Origin: an uncultured Acidobacteriaceae bacterium
Lineage (GTDB): Bacteria > Acidobacteriota > Terriglobia > Terriglobales > Acidobacteriaceae
DNA length: 64,000 nucleotides
Assembly (NCBI GenBank): GCA_963846245.1
Contig: CAWJVI010000014.1
Coordinates: 100,431-164,430, forward strand
Reading direction: 5' to 3'
Each line of letters starts with the position of its first letter. The first letter of the stretch is position 1. Below are positions 37,170 to 48,081 of the stretch, in pieces. A model generated the notes under the pieces. It saw only the letters and a program-made list of their open reading frames with translations, searched no databases and was not told the origin of the DNA. The position numbers and the translations under genes are program-made.

Positions 37170-39595
37170 AATACGTTTGCATCCACGGACATTTTTACCA
37201 GCCGCCACGCGAGAATCCGTATCTCGAGGCGATTGAACTGCAGGACTCCGCCTATCCGTACCACGACTGGAACGAACGCATCACAGCCGAATGCTACGCC
37301 CCCAATACGGCCTCGCGAATTCTCGACTCCGAGAATCGCATCCTCAAAATGCTCAACAACTACGCAAAAATGAGCTTCAACTTCGGACCCACCGTTCTGT
37401 CGTGGATGAAAGAACAGGCTCCCCGGATCTATCAGGCGATTCTCGATGCCGACAAGTCGAGCAGCAAACAATTTTCCGGACATGGATCTGCGATTGCGCA
37501 GGGCTACAACCATATGATTCTGCCTCTGGCGAATCGACGGGATAAAGTAACGCAGGTCAAGTGGGGGATTGCAGATTTTGAAAGCCGCTTCGGACGCCGC
37601 CCCGAAGGAATGTGGCTTCCTGAAACTGCCGTAGACACTGAGACTCTCGAGGTGTTGGCCGAAAACGGAATTCAGTTCACGATTCTCGCGCCGCGACAAG
37701 CTCAGCGCTTTCGATCGAAGAACAGCTCTAAATACGAAGACGTAAGTGGCGCGAAAATTGATCCGGCGCGCGCCTACCGCGCGGACTTGCCCTCGAAAAA
37801 GAAAATCAACTTGTTCTTTTACGATGGTCCGATCTCTCAAGGTGTCGCCTTCGAGGGCTTGCTGAATGACGGAAAGCGGTTCGCCGACCGGCTGATGAGC
37901 GGATTCTCCGACGCTCGACAAGGGTCGCAACTCGTCCACATTGCGACCGACGGAGAGAGCTATGGCCACCACCATCACTACGGCGAAATGGCTTTAAGCT
38001 TTGCCCTGGACGAAATCGAACACGGCAATGTTGCCCGGCTCACCAACTACGGCGAGTTCCTGGAACAAAATCCTCCGAAGCACATAGTTGAGATTGTCGA
38101 AAACAGCTCGTGGAGTTGTGTACACGGCGTGGAACGCTGGCGCAGCGACTGCGGGTGCAATTCCGGCGGGCATCCGTGGAACCAGCAATGGCGTGCGCCG
38201 TTGCGGACTGCGCTTGACTGGTTACGGGACCGGCTTGCACCTATCTTCGAATCGGAGCTTAAGAAATATCTGCACGACCCATGGCAGGCCCGCGATGAGT
38301 ACATCCGCGTGATTCTCGATCGGTCCGACGAATCCAGAAAAGCATTCTTTGCCGCTCACGCGACGCGACTGCTCCAGCCTGAGGAGCAAGTGACCGTCCT
38401 GAAGGTGCTGGAGATGCAGCGCCACGCGTTGCTGATGTATACGAGTTGTGGATGGTTCTTCGACGAACTCTCCGGCCTGGAGACAGTTCAGGTCATCCAT
38501 TACGCGGGCCGCGCGCTGCAACTAGCGGAGGAGTGTTCAGGCGAGAGTATTGAACCGGGGTTCTTGCAACAGCTGTCGAACGCGAAGAGCAATCTTCCCG
38601 AGCACGGGGACGGCGCAAAGATTTACGAGAAATGGGTGAAGCCGGCCGTCGTCGACATTGATCGCGTAGCCGGTCACTATGCCATCAGTTCTTTGTTTGA
38701 AAGCTACACCGATAAGACACGCGTTTACTGCTATGAAGTGGACCGTGTCAAATATTCGGTTGAGGCCGAAGGAAAAATGCGGCTGGCCACGGGGTGCGCC
38801 CGGTTCCGCTCCAACATTACCGAGGAATCCGCCTCTCTGGATTTTTCCGTCCTCCATCTGGGCGATCACAATGTCACGGCTGGAACCCGTCGGGATGATT
38901 GCTCCTCCGACGAAGATCAGAAAAAGGTATTCACCGCCTTTTCCCAAGCTGATACAGCCGAAGTCATTCGAATGCTCGACCAGGTCTACGGAAAGAACAT
39001 ATTTTCTTTGCGTATGCTCTTCCGCGACGAGCAGAGGAAGATTACCAACTTGATTTTGAACGAGTCGCTGAATTCCGCCGCGGCAGTCTACCGCACGGTT
39101 TTCGAGAGCCACGCTCCTCTCATTCGCTTTCTGAATGGGCTCGATATTCCAGTACCACACGCGCTGGAGTCGGCGGCGGAGATCGCTCTGAACAATCAGT
39201 TGGAGCAATATCTGGATCGTCCAGATCTCGATGTCGACAGCATCCAGGGCCTCTTGCGAGAAGCCGCAGCCACTCGAGTCGCATTGGACTCAACCACGCT
39301 TGAGTATAGGGTTCGGAAGCGCGTGGAAAAGGAAGCCGCCGAGTTCGCTGCGAATCCGGCGGATCTCACGATCGTCGAGAGAATCCTCAAACTGCTCGAC
39401 CTGATTCCCGCGCTTCCCTTTCCAGTTACCCTGTGGGAAGCTCAGAACGTCGTCTACCGGCCGTTGCTCACGGCGTTCGCGCAGAACGGCTGGCATTCTC
39501 CGACACCGGATGCAGAGGCGCTGAAACGCCGAGAAGACTTGAATCGTCTGGCGTCGCAACTCCGCATTCTGTTGCCGTTGCCGCAGGCGGCGTAA
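37166..39595 (+). CDS. Glycoside hydrolase family 57 protein with a long C-terminal (DUF3536-like) region
   Basis: 809 aa with GH57 motifs HGHFYQPPRENP, GMWLPETAV (nucleophile Glu region) and HIATDGESYGHH (acid/base Asp region). Confidence 0.85.
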   Translation: MKYVCIHGHFYQPPRENPYLEAIELQDSAYPYHDWNERITAECYAPNTASRILDSENRILKMLNNYAKMSFNFGPTVLSWMKEQAPRIYQAILDADKSSSKQFSGHGSAIAQGYNHMILPLANRRDKVTQVKWGIADFESRFGRRPEGMWLPETAVDTETLEVLAENGIQFTILAPRQAQRFRSKNSSKYEDVSGAKIDPARAYRADLPSKKKINLFFYDGPISQGVAFEGLLNDGKRFADRLMSGFSDARQGSQLVHIATDGESYGHHHHYGEMALSFALDEIEHGNVARLTNYGEFLEQNPPKHIVEIVENSSWSCVHGVERWRSDCGCNSGGHPWNQQWRAPLRTALDWLRDRLAPIFESELKKYLHDPWQARDEYIRVILDRSDESRKAFFAAHATRLLQPEEQVTVLKVLEMQRHALLMYTSCGWFFDELSGLETVQVIHYAGRALQLAEECSGESIEPGFLQQLSNAKSNLPEHGDGAKIYEKWVKPAVVDIDRVAGHYAISSLFESYTDKTRVYCYEVDRVKYSVEAEGKMRLATGCARFRSNITEESASLDFSVLHLGDHNVTAGTRRDDCSSDEDQKKVFTAFSQADTAEVIRMLDQVYGKNIFSLRMLFRDEQRKITNLILNESLNSAAAVYRTVFESHAPLIRFLNGLDIPVPHALESAAEIALNNQLEQYLDRPDLDVDSIQGLLREAAATRVALDSTTLEYRVRKRVEKEAAEFAANPADLTIVERILKLLDLIPALPFPVTLWEAQNVVYRPLLTAFAQNGWHSPTPDAEALKRREDLNRLASQLRILLPLPQAA

Positions 39596-39597
39596 GT

Positions 39598-42492
39598 ATG
39601 CCGGCCCCGCGTTTTCCTACTGCCACGTACCGGGTGCAACTCAGCCGGGACTTCCGCTTCGTGGATGCGACCCGGATTCTCGACTATCTCCATACGCTCG
39701 GCATCTCTGATCTCTACTTGTCGCCGATTCTGGCCAGCCGCAAAGGAAGCGGGCATGGATACGACGTCACCGACCCCAGCCGGATCAATCCTGAACTGGG
39801 CAGCGAAGAAGAATTCGCAACTCTGCAAACTGAACTGCAAAATCGCGGGATGGGCCTGCTACTCGATACCGTGCCCAATCACATGGCCGCGAGCGCCGAA
39901 AATCCTTGGTGGATGGATGTCCTCGAAAATGGAACGCAGTCCGCCTTCGCCTCATTTTTTGACATCGAATGGCATCCTCACGCTCGCAGTCTCGACGGCA
40001 GAATCCTACTTCCGGTGCTCGGACGCCCCTTCGGCGAAGCTCTCGACGCCGCAGAGATCAGGCTCACGTTCCACGATGGCCGGTTTTTCTTCGAGTATTT
40101 TGATTCGCTCTTCCCGCTCACGCCCCGGTCTTATCACGCGATTCTGAACCACCGCTTTGATCGCCTCAAAGAGGCTCAGGGCGAAGAAGATCCCGCATAT
40201 CACGAGTATTCCGGAATTCTTGCGTCTGTCCGCGAACTCTCCAACGCAAATCGCCGCGCATCTGAAAATACCGCCGATCAGCGATTGCGATTTGAGGCGT
40301 CTCGCGATCGATTGAAATCTCTGATCGCCAGCAGCAACGAAGTCGCGAAGCACGTCGAGGAGAACGTAGCGGACATCAACGGCAAGGAAGGTGATCCCGG
40401 CAGTTTTGGTTTTGTTCAGCGGCTGCTCTCAGAGCAGAACTACAAACTGGCGTTTTGGCAGAATCTGAACGAAAGCATCAACTACCGCCGCTTCTTTACC
40501 ATCGCTGATCTCGTCGGCGTGCGCGTGGAAGATCCGCTCGTGTTTGAAGCGACTCACGGTTACATCCTGCGCCTCGTTTCCAAGAGCCCCGCCGCCGGAC
40601 TACGCGTCGACCACATCGACGGCCTTCGCGATCCTTTGGCATATCTGAATAAGCTGCAAGAGCGACTGGCTTCCGACGAAAACCACAAAGGATCGCCGCC
40701 GTACGTGCTGGTCGAGAAGATCCTTTCGCGGCACGAATCCTTGCCGGAGGACTGGCCCGTGAGCGGCACCACCGGCTATGACTACCTGAACGAAGCCAAC
40801 GGAATATTTGTCGAGCCCCACGGCGCACGCCGCATGGAAGAGATTTTTTCTGCCTTCACCGGTCGGGCGCAGAACTTTGCCGACGTGGTGTACGAGAAGA
40901 AGAAACTCGTCATGAGTACTCTTCTTGGCGTGGAGATGCGGACACTGGGCCGCCAACTGGCCGAACTCGCCGCTCAGGATCGATACGCCCGCGAATTGAG
41001 CCGGGCGCAATTGATCGACGCTCTCATCGAAGTCACCGCCTGCCTAAATATCTACCGAACCTACATTCGAAACATGGACTTGACGCCGCACGCCACTAAA
41101 TACATCGAAGAGGCCATCAGCGCCGCCCGCGGCCGGGCTCCGTCCCTGAACCCGGCGTGCTTTGATTTCGTGCGGGACGTCTTATTGATTCTGAGTCCTC
41201 CTCATGTGCTGGTGGACCAGCGCGAAGCACGTCTCGCGTTCGTGATGCGATGGCAGCAATTTACGGGACCAATTGTCGCCAAGGGCCTGGAGGATACGGC
41301 GCTTTACGTTTACCATCCTCTGCTGTCGTTGAATGAAGTTGGCGGCGATCCGCGCCCGACGGAGGCAACGTCCCGCGGGAACTTCTACGCGTTTCTCGAA
41401 GAGCGCCGCAAGAGTTGGCCCCGAAGTCTCGACGCCAGCTCAACTCACGATACCAAACGAAGCGAAGACGTCCGGGCACGCCTGAACGCGCTTTCCGAGA
41501 TGCCTTCCGAGTGGGAGGATCATCTGAAGAATTGGGCGGAACTCAACGCAGCGTTCAAGACAACGGTGAACGGCCATTCCGTCCCGGATCGCAGTGAGGA
41601 ATACTTTCTCTATCAGACGCTCCTTGGCGTCTGGCCGCTCGATTCGGAAGGCTGCGCATCTTTGGTTGAGAGAGTGCAGGGGCACATCATCAAGGCCACT
41701 CGCGAAGCGATGGTGCACACTCGTTGGACGCGTCCGAATCAGCCTCACGAAGATGCGCTTCTTAGCTTCGTATCCAAGATTCTGTCGAAAGACAATGCTG
41801 ACTTCCTTGCCGACTTTCGTCAGTTCCATAAGAAGATCGCGTATTTCGGCATGATTAACGGCCTTTCCCAAACTCTATTGAAGATCACTGCGCCGGGTGT
41901 GCCGGATTTCTATCAGGGCTCCGAATTGTGGGATCTGCGGCTTGTCGACCCTGACAACCGCGGCCCCGTTGATTTCGACAAGCGAATGGCGGCGCTGGAC
42001 GAGATCGTTAAGGGGGCCGCTGACGGCCTGTCTGCGCAGAATTTGATTAAGAGCTGGCACGACGGACGAATCAAGTTATATCTGATATGGAAGGCGCTGC
42101 AATTCCGGCGCAACCACGAAGAGATATTCCGCGATGGAGATTTTCTTCCCTTGCAAGTGGAGGGACGCTACTCGCGAAATATTACTGCCTTCGCTCGCAA
42201 ACAAGGGGTCTCATGGGTGCTGACTGCAATTCCACAGTGGCCGTCGCAAGTCCCGGCGATGTCCGACCGCACGAAGGCGGAGTTCAACTGGGAAGATACA
42301 CGACTCGTGTTGCCATCCGGATCGCCGGCATTCTGGAATAGCGTCCTGACGTCGCAGCAAGTGCCGGCATCCGCGGAAGAGAGCAAGAGCTACGTCAACG
42401 CAAGTGATCTATTTTGCGATCTGCCGGTAGCTTTGATGTCAGGCAGCCTTGGTTCCGCTTCGAAGCCGCAACAAGTTTGCCTTCAACGCTGA
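39598..42492 (+). CDS. treY: Malto-oligosyltrehalose synthase
   Basis: The start MPAPRFPTATYRVQL lies 2 nt after the GH57 stop. About 964 aa, with TYRVQL..., LYLSPIL, GYDVTDP, DTVPNHM and RVDHIDGL typical of TreY. Confidence 0.9.
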   Translation: MPAPRFPTATYRVQLSRDFRFVDATRILDYLHTLGISDLYLSPILASRKGSGHGYDVTDPSRINPELGSEEEFATLQTELQNRGMGLLLDTVPNHMAASAENPWWMDVLENGTQSAFASFFDIEWHPHARSLDGRILLPVLGRPFGEALDAAEIRLTFHDGRFFFEYFDSLFPLTPRSYHAILNHRFDRLKEAQGEEDPAYHEYSGILASVRELSNANRRASENTADQRLRFEASRDRLKSLIASSNEVAKHVEENVADINGKEGDPGSFGFVQRLLSEQNYKLAFWQNLNESINYRRFFTIADLVGVRVEDPLVFEATHGYILRLVSKSPAAGLRVDHIDGLRDPLAYLNKLQERLASDENHKGSPPYVLVEKILSRHESLPEDWPVSGTTGYDYLNEANGIFVEPHGARRMEEIFSAFTGRAQNFADVVYEKKKLVMSTLLGVEMRTLGRQLAELAAQDRYARELSRAQLIDALIEVTACLNIYRTYIRNMDLTPHATKYIEEAISAARGRAPSLNPACFDFVRDVLLILSPPHVLVDQREARLAFVMRWQQFTGPIVAKGLEDTALYVYHPLLSLNEVGGDPRPTEATSRGNFYAFLEERRKSWPRSLDASSTHDTKRSEDVRARLNALSEMPSEWEDHLKNWAELNAAFKTTVNGHSVPDRSEEYFLYQTLLGVWPLDSEGCASLVERVQGHIIKATREAMVHTRWTRPNQPHEDALLSFVSKILSKDNADFLADFRQFHKKIAYFGMINGLSQTLLKITAPGVPDFYQGSELWDLRLVDPDNRGPVDFDKRMAALDEIVKGAADGLSAQNLIKSWHDGRIKLYLIWKALQFRRNHEEIFRDGDFLPLQVEGRYSRNITAFARKQGVSWVLTAIPQWPSQVPAMSDRTKAEFNWEDTRLVLPSGSPAFWNSVLTSQQVPASAEESKSYVNASDLFCDLPVALMSGSLGSASKPQQVCLQR

Positions 42493-42515
42493 CGATCGAG
42501 AGAGCAGGACGTGCC

Positions 42516-45500
42516 TCAGTAGATGAGCTTTAGCGAAAACTGAATTTGCCGCGAGGTTCCCGCCGTCTTGCTGATCATCCCAAACCCTGTACCCTCGATG
42601 ATATTGGCAGGCAGCCCCATGTTGACGATGTTAAACAGATTAAATAACTCTGCGCGGAATTGCAGGTCCGCTCGCTCCAAGCCATTTTCCCGGTGGCCAA
42701 TCGGAGTCGTCTTAATGAGCGCAAAATCGAAATCGTAATATGCCGGTCCGCGAAATGTATTACGGCCGAGCGTTCCAAAGCGCCCGGAGTTTGGTCCGGT
42801 CCCGCCTGCGATCCCGATGGGAATGGAAAAGAAACTTCCATTGTTCGCGCCCCGCCCAAAATAATCGTCGCGCGGTCGCGTGGAACCGCCGGCGCTCGAG
42901 AGGTCCGGTGTCTCAATCTGGTCTGGCCGGTCCACGCCATTTGCTCCCGCGCCCGTCTGCTGGATCCCCGAATAAACCGTAAACGGCGAACCACTCGTGA
43001 TCGACGAGATGCTCAGCAACTCCCAGCCCTTCGTTAACAGGCGGGCTCGATCCGACTGATGTCCCAGATGTTCAAACTGCAAATCCTGGGCCGCGCTCAA
43101 CGTGAAGGCCCGCGTCACGTCAAAGCTTGATGGCCCTTTTTCCGCTCGTGTGTCGAACGGGTCTTGCGGACTAAACTGTGTCACGGCGCCGGTAGATCCA
43201 GCTCCTCCCAGGATGCCGCTGACATCATCCAGCGATTTGCCCCAGGTGTAGCCTGCCTGCAATGACGGACCGCCGTGCCCAACGTTTCCTGACAATGACG
43301 TCTGCAAGGCGTTGTACGAGGAGTGCGACGTCCCTGTCAGCACAGACTCGAATCCGAAACCACCCGTCACCGCTCCGCTACCGTCGAAGTTTGTGAATCG
43401 CGCAAATTCCGGATCCGCTCCGGGATACGCGTTGGGATAGGACATTCTGGGAAGTCGAAATGCCGATGTTCCCACATACCCGACATCGGCCGTGAGGCCG
43501 CCGAAAGCCCGCTCCAGCCCCAGCGTCCAGGTTTGCAGGTAGCCATTGCTGAAGCGCCGGTCGACCCCGGCCAGACTCAGCAGCGAGAGCTGACCACTCG
43601 GCGCCAGCGCTGCCAAATCCTGCTGGTATCGATTTACGTCCATCACCGTGTTCGCCGGCACTTTTTTCGGATCGCCGCTGGCTAGAACGTTCACGCCAGC
43701 TGTGTTATAGACCGGCGGCAGCTCGTCCGGTGTAATTTGGAATCCGTAGGCAATCTCCCCGTTTTGCGCCGCATTGACACGTGGATAAACAACATAAGGC
43801 GTTGACCCTGTCAGCAGGTTGTCTTGCCAGATATTAGGCGGAATTACTGTCAGCGCCCCGCCCACGTGCACATGCACTGCCTGCGGCGCGTTCCAGTCCA
43901 GTTGCACACGCGGCCCCCATCCGTTCCAATCGGTCTGATAAGTAGGCCGCGGATTGATCAAGTATTCCTGGCCGATGCCCGCGGGTGGAAACGAATTCAG
44001 AAAACTCGACGTCCGGTGCGCCCGCTCCGCAATCGGCGTGTAGAGCTCATATCGCAGCCCATATTCAAGCGTCCATTGCGGATTGATTTTCCACGTATCC
44101 TCGACGTAAGCATTCACGTCATTCCGGTTGATCGCGGCGGCCCCAATCTGCGCGCCGTTCGATGCGTAGGGCGGCGCCACTGCAATCGTGTATCCGTACG
44201 GATACCCGATCAGCAGACTGCTTAGCGTGTCTGGCAGAGGTTGACCCGGCTGCACATCATGCTGTCCGCTCGCAGAAGGAATGAACACGGGCGAATAAAC
44301 TGTTCCGCCACCAAAATCGTACTCGCCGTTGGGACTTATGCCGAAGTATGTCGTGTCGCGATTAAGTCGCGCCTCCGCACCCCACTTCACCGCGTGCCGC
44401 GCAGTCGTCCAGGTAAAATTCACTTGCCCCTGGAACAAATTCCCGAACGCCGACATCACCGAGCCCGCCGCTCCATTGAACGCCTCAAAGAGGCCATCGA
44501 TGAACTTCAAAGCCGGATCGGTGTGGTTCGGCGTCACAAACGACGGGGTCGTTCGCGTGAAACTCACCGACGACGACCAGAGAAAGCGCGGTGACGGGGT
44601 GCGCGTGTAGGTGATGACCCCGTTCCGTTGCCGATCCACATACTGCACACCGAAGCTCGGGTCAAGCAATGTCTGATCCGGATTTGTTGTCGGTCCCGTT
44701 AGATTGTCGTAATTGAATCGACTAAACAATTGTCCCTTTGCGCCAATTTTCTGATCGACGCGGATGGAAAACTGATCCGCGTCCGTGTTTACGTTTGAAG
44801 GTGCAGCATAGGTTCGCGCACCATACGCGCCGGTTGGATTGTTGGGGAGTGGATAACGCGCCAGCACGGAAGCAATCGCCGGATTCACTGGTACCTGCAG
44901 CGTGTCCGTGCTGCCGTCCGGATACGTCACCACATCCTGGCCCGCTCGCTCTGCCACTGTAGGCACGGCCAGTACCTGTGTTGTTCCCAGCACCTGCCTG
45001 AATCCCTGATACTGCACAAAATAGAACGTCCGATCGCGTCCGTCATACACATGTGGCAACACGACTGGCCCGCCATTGGTAAATCCGAACTCATTTCTGC
45101 GGAACGGAGGGATCCGGCCCGGGTCCGCAATCGACGGGTGATCGAAATAATTTCGCGCATCGAGGGCAGAGTTCCTCAAAAACTCGAAGAGTGAACCGTG
45201 AAAACCGCTCTTCCCGGATCGTGTCACGATGTTGGTGAAACCTGCGGCGCCGCGCCCGACGTCCGCTGGCATCCAGCCTGAGCTGGACTGCAACTCCTGA
45301 ATCGCATCTACGTTGAAATTCGTAAACGTGCTCCCGCCCATCTCTGGGTCGCTGACGTCCGCGCCGTCCATGGCGAACACGGCCTCAACGCCGCGCTGTC
45401 CGTTGATGGCGAACTGCTGGGTGAAATTTGTCTGCCCATTCACGTCCGTCATCGTCCCGGCTGCCAACAGCAGCAGCGTGCTGAAGTCGCGTCCATTCAA

Positions 45501-45965
45501 CGGCAACTCGTTGACCTTTTGGCTGGAGAGTTTCTCGCCCCCTGTTCCGCTGGCTGCGTTCGAGGTTGTACTCGGGTTCCCGTTCGAGACTCCTGCAGAA
45601 GTTTGCGGATTGGCTGCAATCGACAGCACGTTTTGATCGGACACCGTCAGCACAACTGTTAGGCCTGATATGTCCACTGCCGCTGGCACTGTCGAGCCTC
45701 GCCCGGGCAGTTGCACGCTCACCTTATGCGGCCCGAGTCGAAGGCCCGCAATCGCGAACCTTCCGTCGGTTCCGGTAACGACGGTTAGATTCTTTTCGGC
45801 GCCGGGTGTGAATACTGTTACCGTCCCTCCGGCCACAGGCTCACCAGCAGCCGTGCGTACGACACCCGCCCAGGCTGGCGCCGACGGCGAACTTTGTTGT
45901 GCTCTGAGCGAAACCGCGACCATCGAAATCGCGAGCATCAGTCCCAACAGCAAACACTTCTGCAT
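42516..45965 (-). CDS. TonB-dependent outer-membrane receptor with an N-terminal carboxypeptidase-regulatory-like domain
   Basis: Start MQKCLLLGLML (signal peptide), then a CarboxypepD_reg-like beta-sandwich (GGTVTVF...TGTDGRFAIAGL), a plug and a large barrel. The C-terminus ends in ...IQFSLKLIY. Confidence 0.85.
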   Translation of the reverse strand: MQKCLLLGLMLAISMVAVSLRAQQSSPSAPAWAGVVRTAAGEPVAGGTVTVFTPGAEKNLTVVTGTDGRFAIAGLRLGPHKVSVQLPGRGSTVPAAVDISGLTVVLTVSDQNVLSIAANPQTSAGVSNGNPSTTSNAASGTGGEKLSSQKVNELPLNGRDFSTLLLLAAGTMTDVNGQTNFTQQFAINGQRGVEAVFAMDGADVSDPEMGGSTFTNFNVDAIQELQSSSGWMPADVGRGAAGFTNIVTRSGKSGFHGSLFEFLRNSALDARNYFDHPSIADPGRIPPFRRNEFGFTNGGPVVLPHVYDGRDRTFYFVQYQGFRQVLGTTQVLAVPTVAERAGQDVVTYPDGSTDTLQVPVNPAIASVLARYPLPNNPTGAYGARTYAAPSNVNTDADQFSIRVDQKIGAKGQLFSRFNYDNLTGPTTNPDQTLLDPSFGVQYVDRQRNGVITYTRTPSPRFLWSSSVSFTRTTPSFVTPNHTDPALKFIDGLFEAFNGAAGSVMSAFGNLFQGQVNFTWTTARHAVKWGAEARLNRDTTYFGISPNGEYDFGGGTVYSPVFIPSASGQHDVQPGQPLPDTLSSLLIGYPYGYTIAVAPPYASNGAQIGAAAINRNDVNAYVEDTWKINPQWTLEYGLRYELYTPIAERAHRTSSFLNSFPPAGIGQEYLINPRPTYQTDWNGWGPRVQLDWNAPQAVHVHVGGALTVIPPNIWQDNLLTGSTPYVVYPRVNAAQNGEIAYGFQITPDELPPVYNTAGVNVLASGDPKKVPANTVMDVNRYQQDLAALAPSGQLSLLSLAGVDRRFSNGYLQTWTLGLERAFGGLTADVGYVGTSAFRLPRMSYPNAYPGADPEFARFTNFDGSGAVTGGFGFESVLTGTSHSSYNALQTSLSGNVGHGGPSLQAGYTWGKSLDDVSGILGGAGSTGAVTQFSPQDPFDTRAEKGPSSFDVTRAFTLSAAQDLQFEHLGHQSDRARLLTKGWELLSISSITSGSPFTVYSGIQQTGAGANGVDRPDQIETPDLSSAGGSTRPRDDYFGRGANNGSFFSIPIGIAGGTGPNSGRFGTLGRNTFRGPAYYDFDFALIKTTPIGHRENGLERADLQFRAELFNLFNIVNMGLPANIIEGTGFGMISKTAGTSRQIQFSLKLIY

Positions 45966-46146
45966 TAGTCGCAAAGTCTTATGAAAGGTTCGAGCTATCA
46001 CGTGTTCCTTTGCGTAGTGGAATTCATGCATGAAAAATTCCTCGAGTGCAGACGGAATGCAATCGCGTTGATCGCGCAGTATAGACCCTAGTTCCGGTCC
46101 GTCATATATACACGGCGTACCTATTGAAGTGACGAGCCGCTTCGGT

Positions 46147-46929
46147 TTACGTGCTTGTGACTTCTATGCCTTGGGAGCGGTAGGGATTCAGCACACCTTC
46201 ATCGGATGCATCGGTGATCAAACGTGTCAGTCCGGAAGCAGGACCGACCAGGTAAGGCAGAGATGTCCCCATTTTCCGAAGTGAAACCAAGCCAACAACT
46301 TCCGTCGAAGCCCCTATCATCGCTTGCTTCACGTACGCTTCTTCTTGGTTGCCGACGGTGATTCCGACCTCCGGGTGCAAACTGCACATTCCGAGAAAGC
46401 AAAGATCAGCGCGAATGGATTCTACTCGACGAATGGTCTCGATGCCGGTGGTGACCCGCTCTTCTTTAAGGAAATTTCCTCCGAGCATCAGCACGCTCAA
46501 CTTCGGATGATCCGCCAACGCCAGCGCAAGCGGTGGGCTGTTGGTAACAATCGTCGCCGAACGCTCTCTGGAAAGGTAGGAAGCAATTCGTAGATTGGTG
46601 GTACCTCCATCAATCAGCACCACCTGACCGTCGCGGATCATGTCCGCTGCGGCTCGAGCAATTCCGATCTTGCTCTCCATGTCGATTTGTTGGCGAGACT
46701 CGAAAGCAACGGCCTCGGCACGACGCGGCAGGGCGCCGCCGTGTACCCGTTGGATCTTTCCCGAATTCGCCAATTCGCGCAGATCTCGACGAATCGTGTC
46801 TTCAGACACGTTGTATCGACTGCTAAGGTCCGCGGCGAGGACTCGGCCCTCACTGCCAAGCAGCTCCAGGATGTACTGATGGCGCTCTTCCTTTAGGGCG
46901 TTTTGGCCTGCTTCCGCTTCTGGTTTCAT
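46147..46929 (-). CDS. DeoR-family transcriptional regulator
   Basis: The HTH is RHQYILELLGSEGRVLAADLSSRYNVSEDTIRRDLREL, followed by a DeoR C-terminal sensor domain. The start is taken at MKPEAEAG. Confidence 0.85.
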   Translation of the reverse strand: MKPEAEAGQNALKEERHQYILELLGSEGRVLAADLSSRYNVSEDTIRRDLRELANSGKIQRVHGGALPRRAEAVAFESRQQIDMESKIGIARAAADMIRDGQVVLIDGGTTNLRIASYLSRERSATIVTNSPPLALALADHPKLSVLMLGGNFLKEERVTTGIETIRRVESIRADLCFLGMCSLHPEVGITVGNQEEAYVKQAMIGASTEVVGLVSLRKMGTSLPYLVGPASGLTRLITDASDEGVLNPYRSQGIEVTST

Positions 46930-46990
46930 TCTGCCCGTTTGTGCGCGAATGCACTTGGTTGTGCACGCATATGCGTGTATTATCCGATTT

Positions 46991-47677
46991 ATGCAGGATA
47001 CCGCCAAACTCAGCGCCAGACAAGGCCTTTCACAAAAGCGTCCGGTTCGGGCAGTCGTCTTCGATTACGGAAACGTTCTTTGCCTCGAGCAAACGCCCGA
47101 GGATATGAAAGGTATGGCGCTCGTGTGCGGCATTCCCCATGAGCGGTTCTCGGAGCTTTACTGGAAGCTGCGGCCGCCCTACGACCGGGGTGATACCGAT
47201 GGACCTGCCTACTGGACAGCGGTTGCTGGCCAGCAAGACCTGGGTTTGAGCAGAGATCAGATAGCCGCGCTAATCAAGCTCGATAGCGAAAGTATCATTC
47301 GACCAAATCAAGGCGCCGTGCAATGGGCAAAGCTGCTGCACGATGAAGGCTTTCCCTTAACCCTTCTCTCGAACATGCCGCTCGAACCAAGTCGCTATGT
47401 GACCAAGTGCTTTCCGGGCCTCTCTACATTTGAATACCTGATTTATTCTTGCGACCACGGGTTCATAAAGCCGGAGCTGGCGATCTTTCGAGATTGTCTA
47501 GAACTACTCAAACTGGCCCCGCAAGACATCTTGTACCTGGACGATCGCGCCGAAAACGTCGAGGCGGCTGCTCGCTTAGGAATTAACTCTGTGCTGTTTG
47601 ACACGGTCGAGGAGACTGCAGCAAGAGTCGAAAGCCGATTCGACATCCCTGTCCCGAGTTATGGCCGCTGTCGCTAA
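46991..47677 (+). CDS. HAD-superfamily hydrolase (subfamily IA-like)
   Basis: Motif I VVFDYGNVL, motif II LLSN, motif IV YLDDRAENV. It is divergent from the DeoR gene. Confidence 0.75.
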   Translation: MQDTAKLSARQGLSQKRPVRAVVFDYGNVLCLEQTPEDMKGMALVCGIPHERFSELYWKLRPPYDRGDTDGPAYWTAVAGQQDLGLSRDQIAALIKLDSESIIRPNQGAVQWAKLLHDEGFPLTLLSNMPLEPSRYVTKCFPGLSTFEYLIYSCDHGFIKPELAIFRDCLELLKLAPQDILYLDDRAENVEAAARLGINSVLFDTVEETAARVESRFDIPVPSYGRCR

Positions 47678-47841
47678 TCAAGTTCACGGTACAGCTCAAC
47701 AAATCGGCGCTCGGATCAAATGGAATCCGATTGATGCAGCAACGCAGCCTCCCAACAGGTACGCGTGAGCGTGTCCCTAATCTTTCTGATCCACGGACTG
47801 ATCATCGCAACCTGGCACTTGCAGAAATCCCATCCCAGCAA

Positions 47842-47925
47842 GATGTCATCCCGAATCGCGCCAAAGGCGCGGTGAGGGACCCTACGTCAGCCGGACGCCA
47901 ACTCCGACGTAAACGGGACCGCCTC
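47842..47925. repeat. Partial, inverted copy of the gatgtcatcccgaa... palindromic element
   Basis: gatgtcatcccgaatcgcgccaaaggcgcggtgagggaccctacg ... gtaaacgggaccgcc matches the reverse complement of copy 2 (4069-4247). The far end is degenerate. Confidence 0.65.
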
Positions 47926-48081
47926 CGAAACGTTCAGCGCCACAAGTTCTCTGCGCAAAAGAGCCCGCTCGAGCGAGGTCGAGGAATATCTCGTGCAAAT
48001 CGCCACTATGTGGCGAATCACTACTGAATCGTGGTTGTACTGATGGCGGCTGAGGTGAATCTTGAGGCGAGGCTTTCGAGG

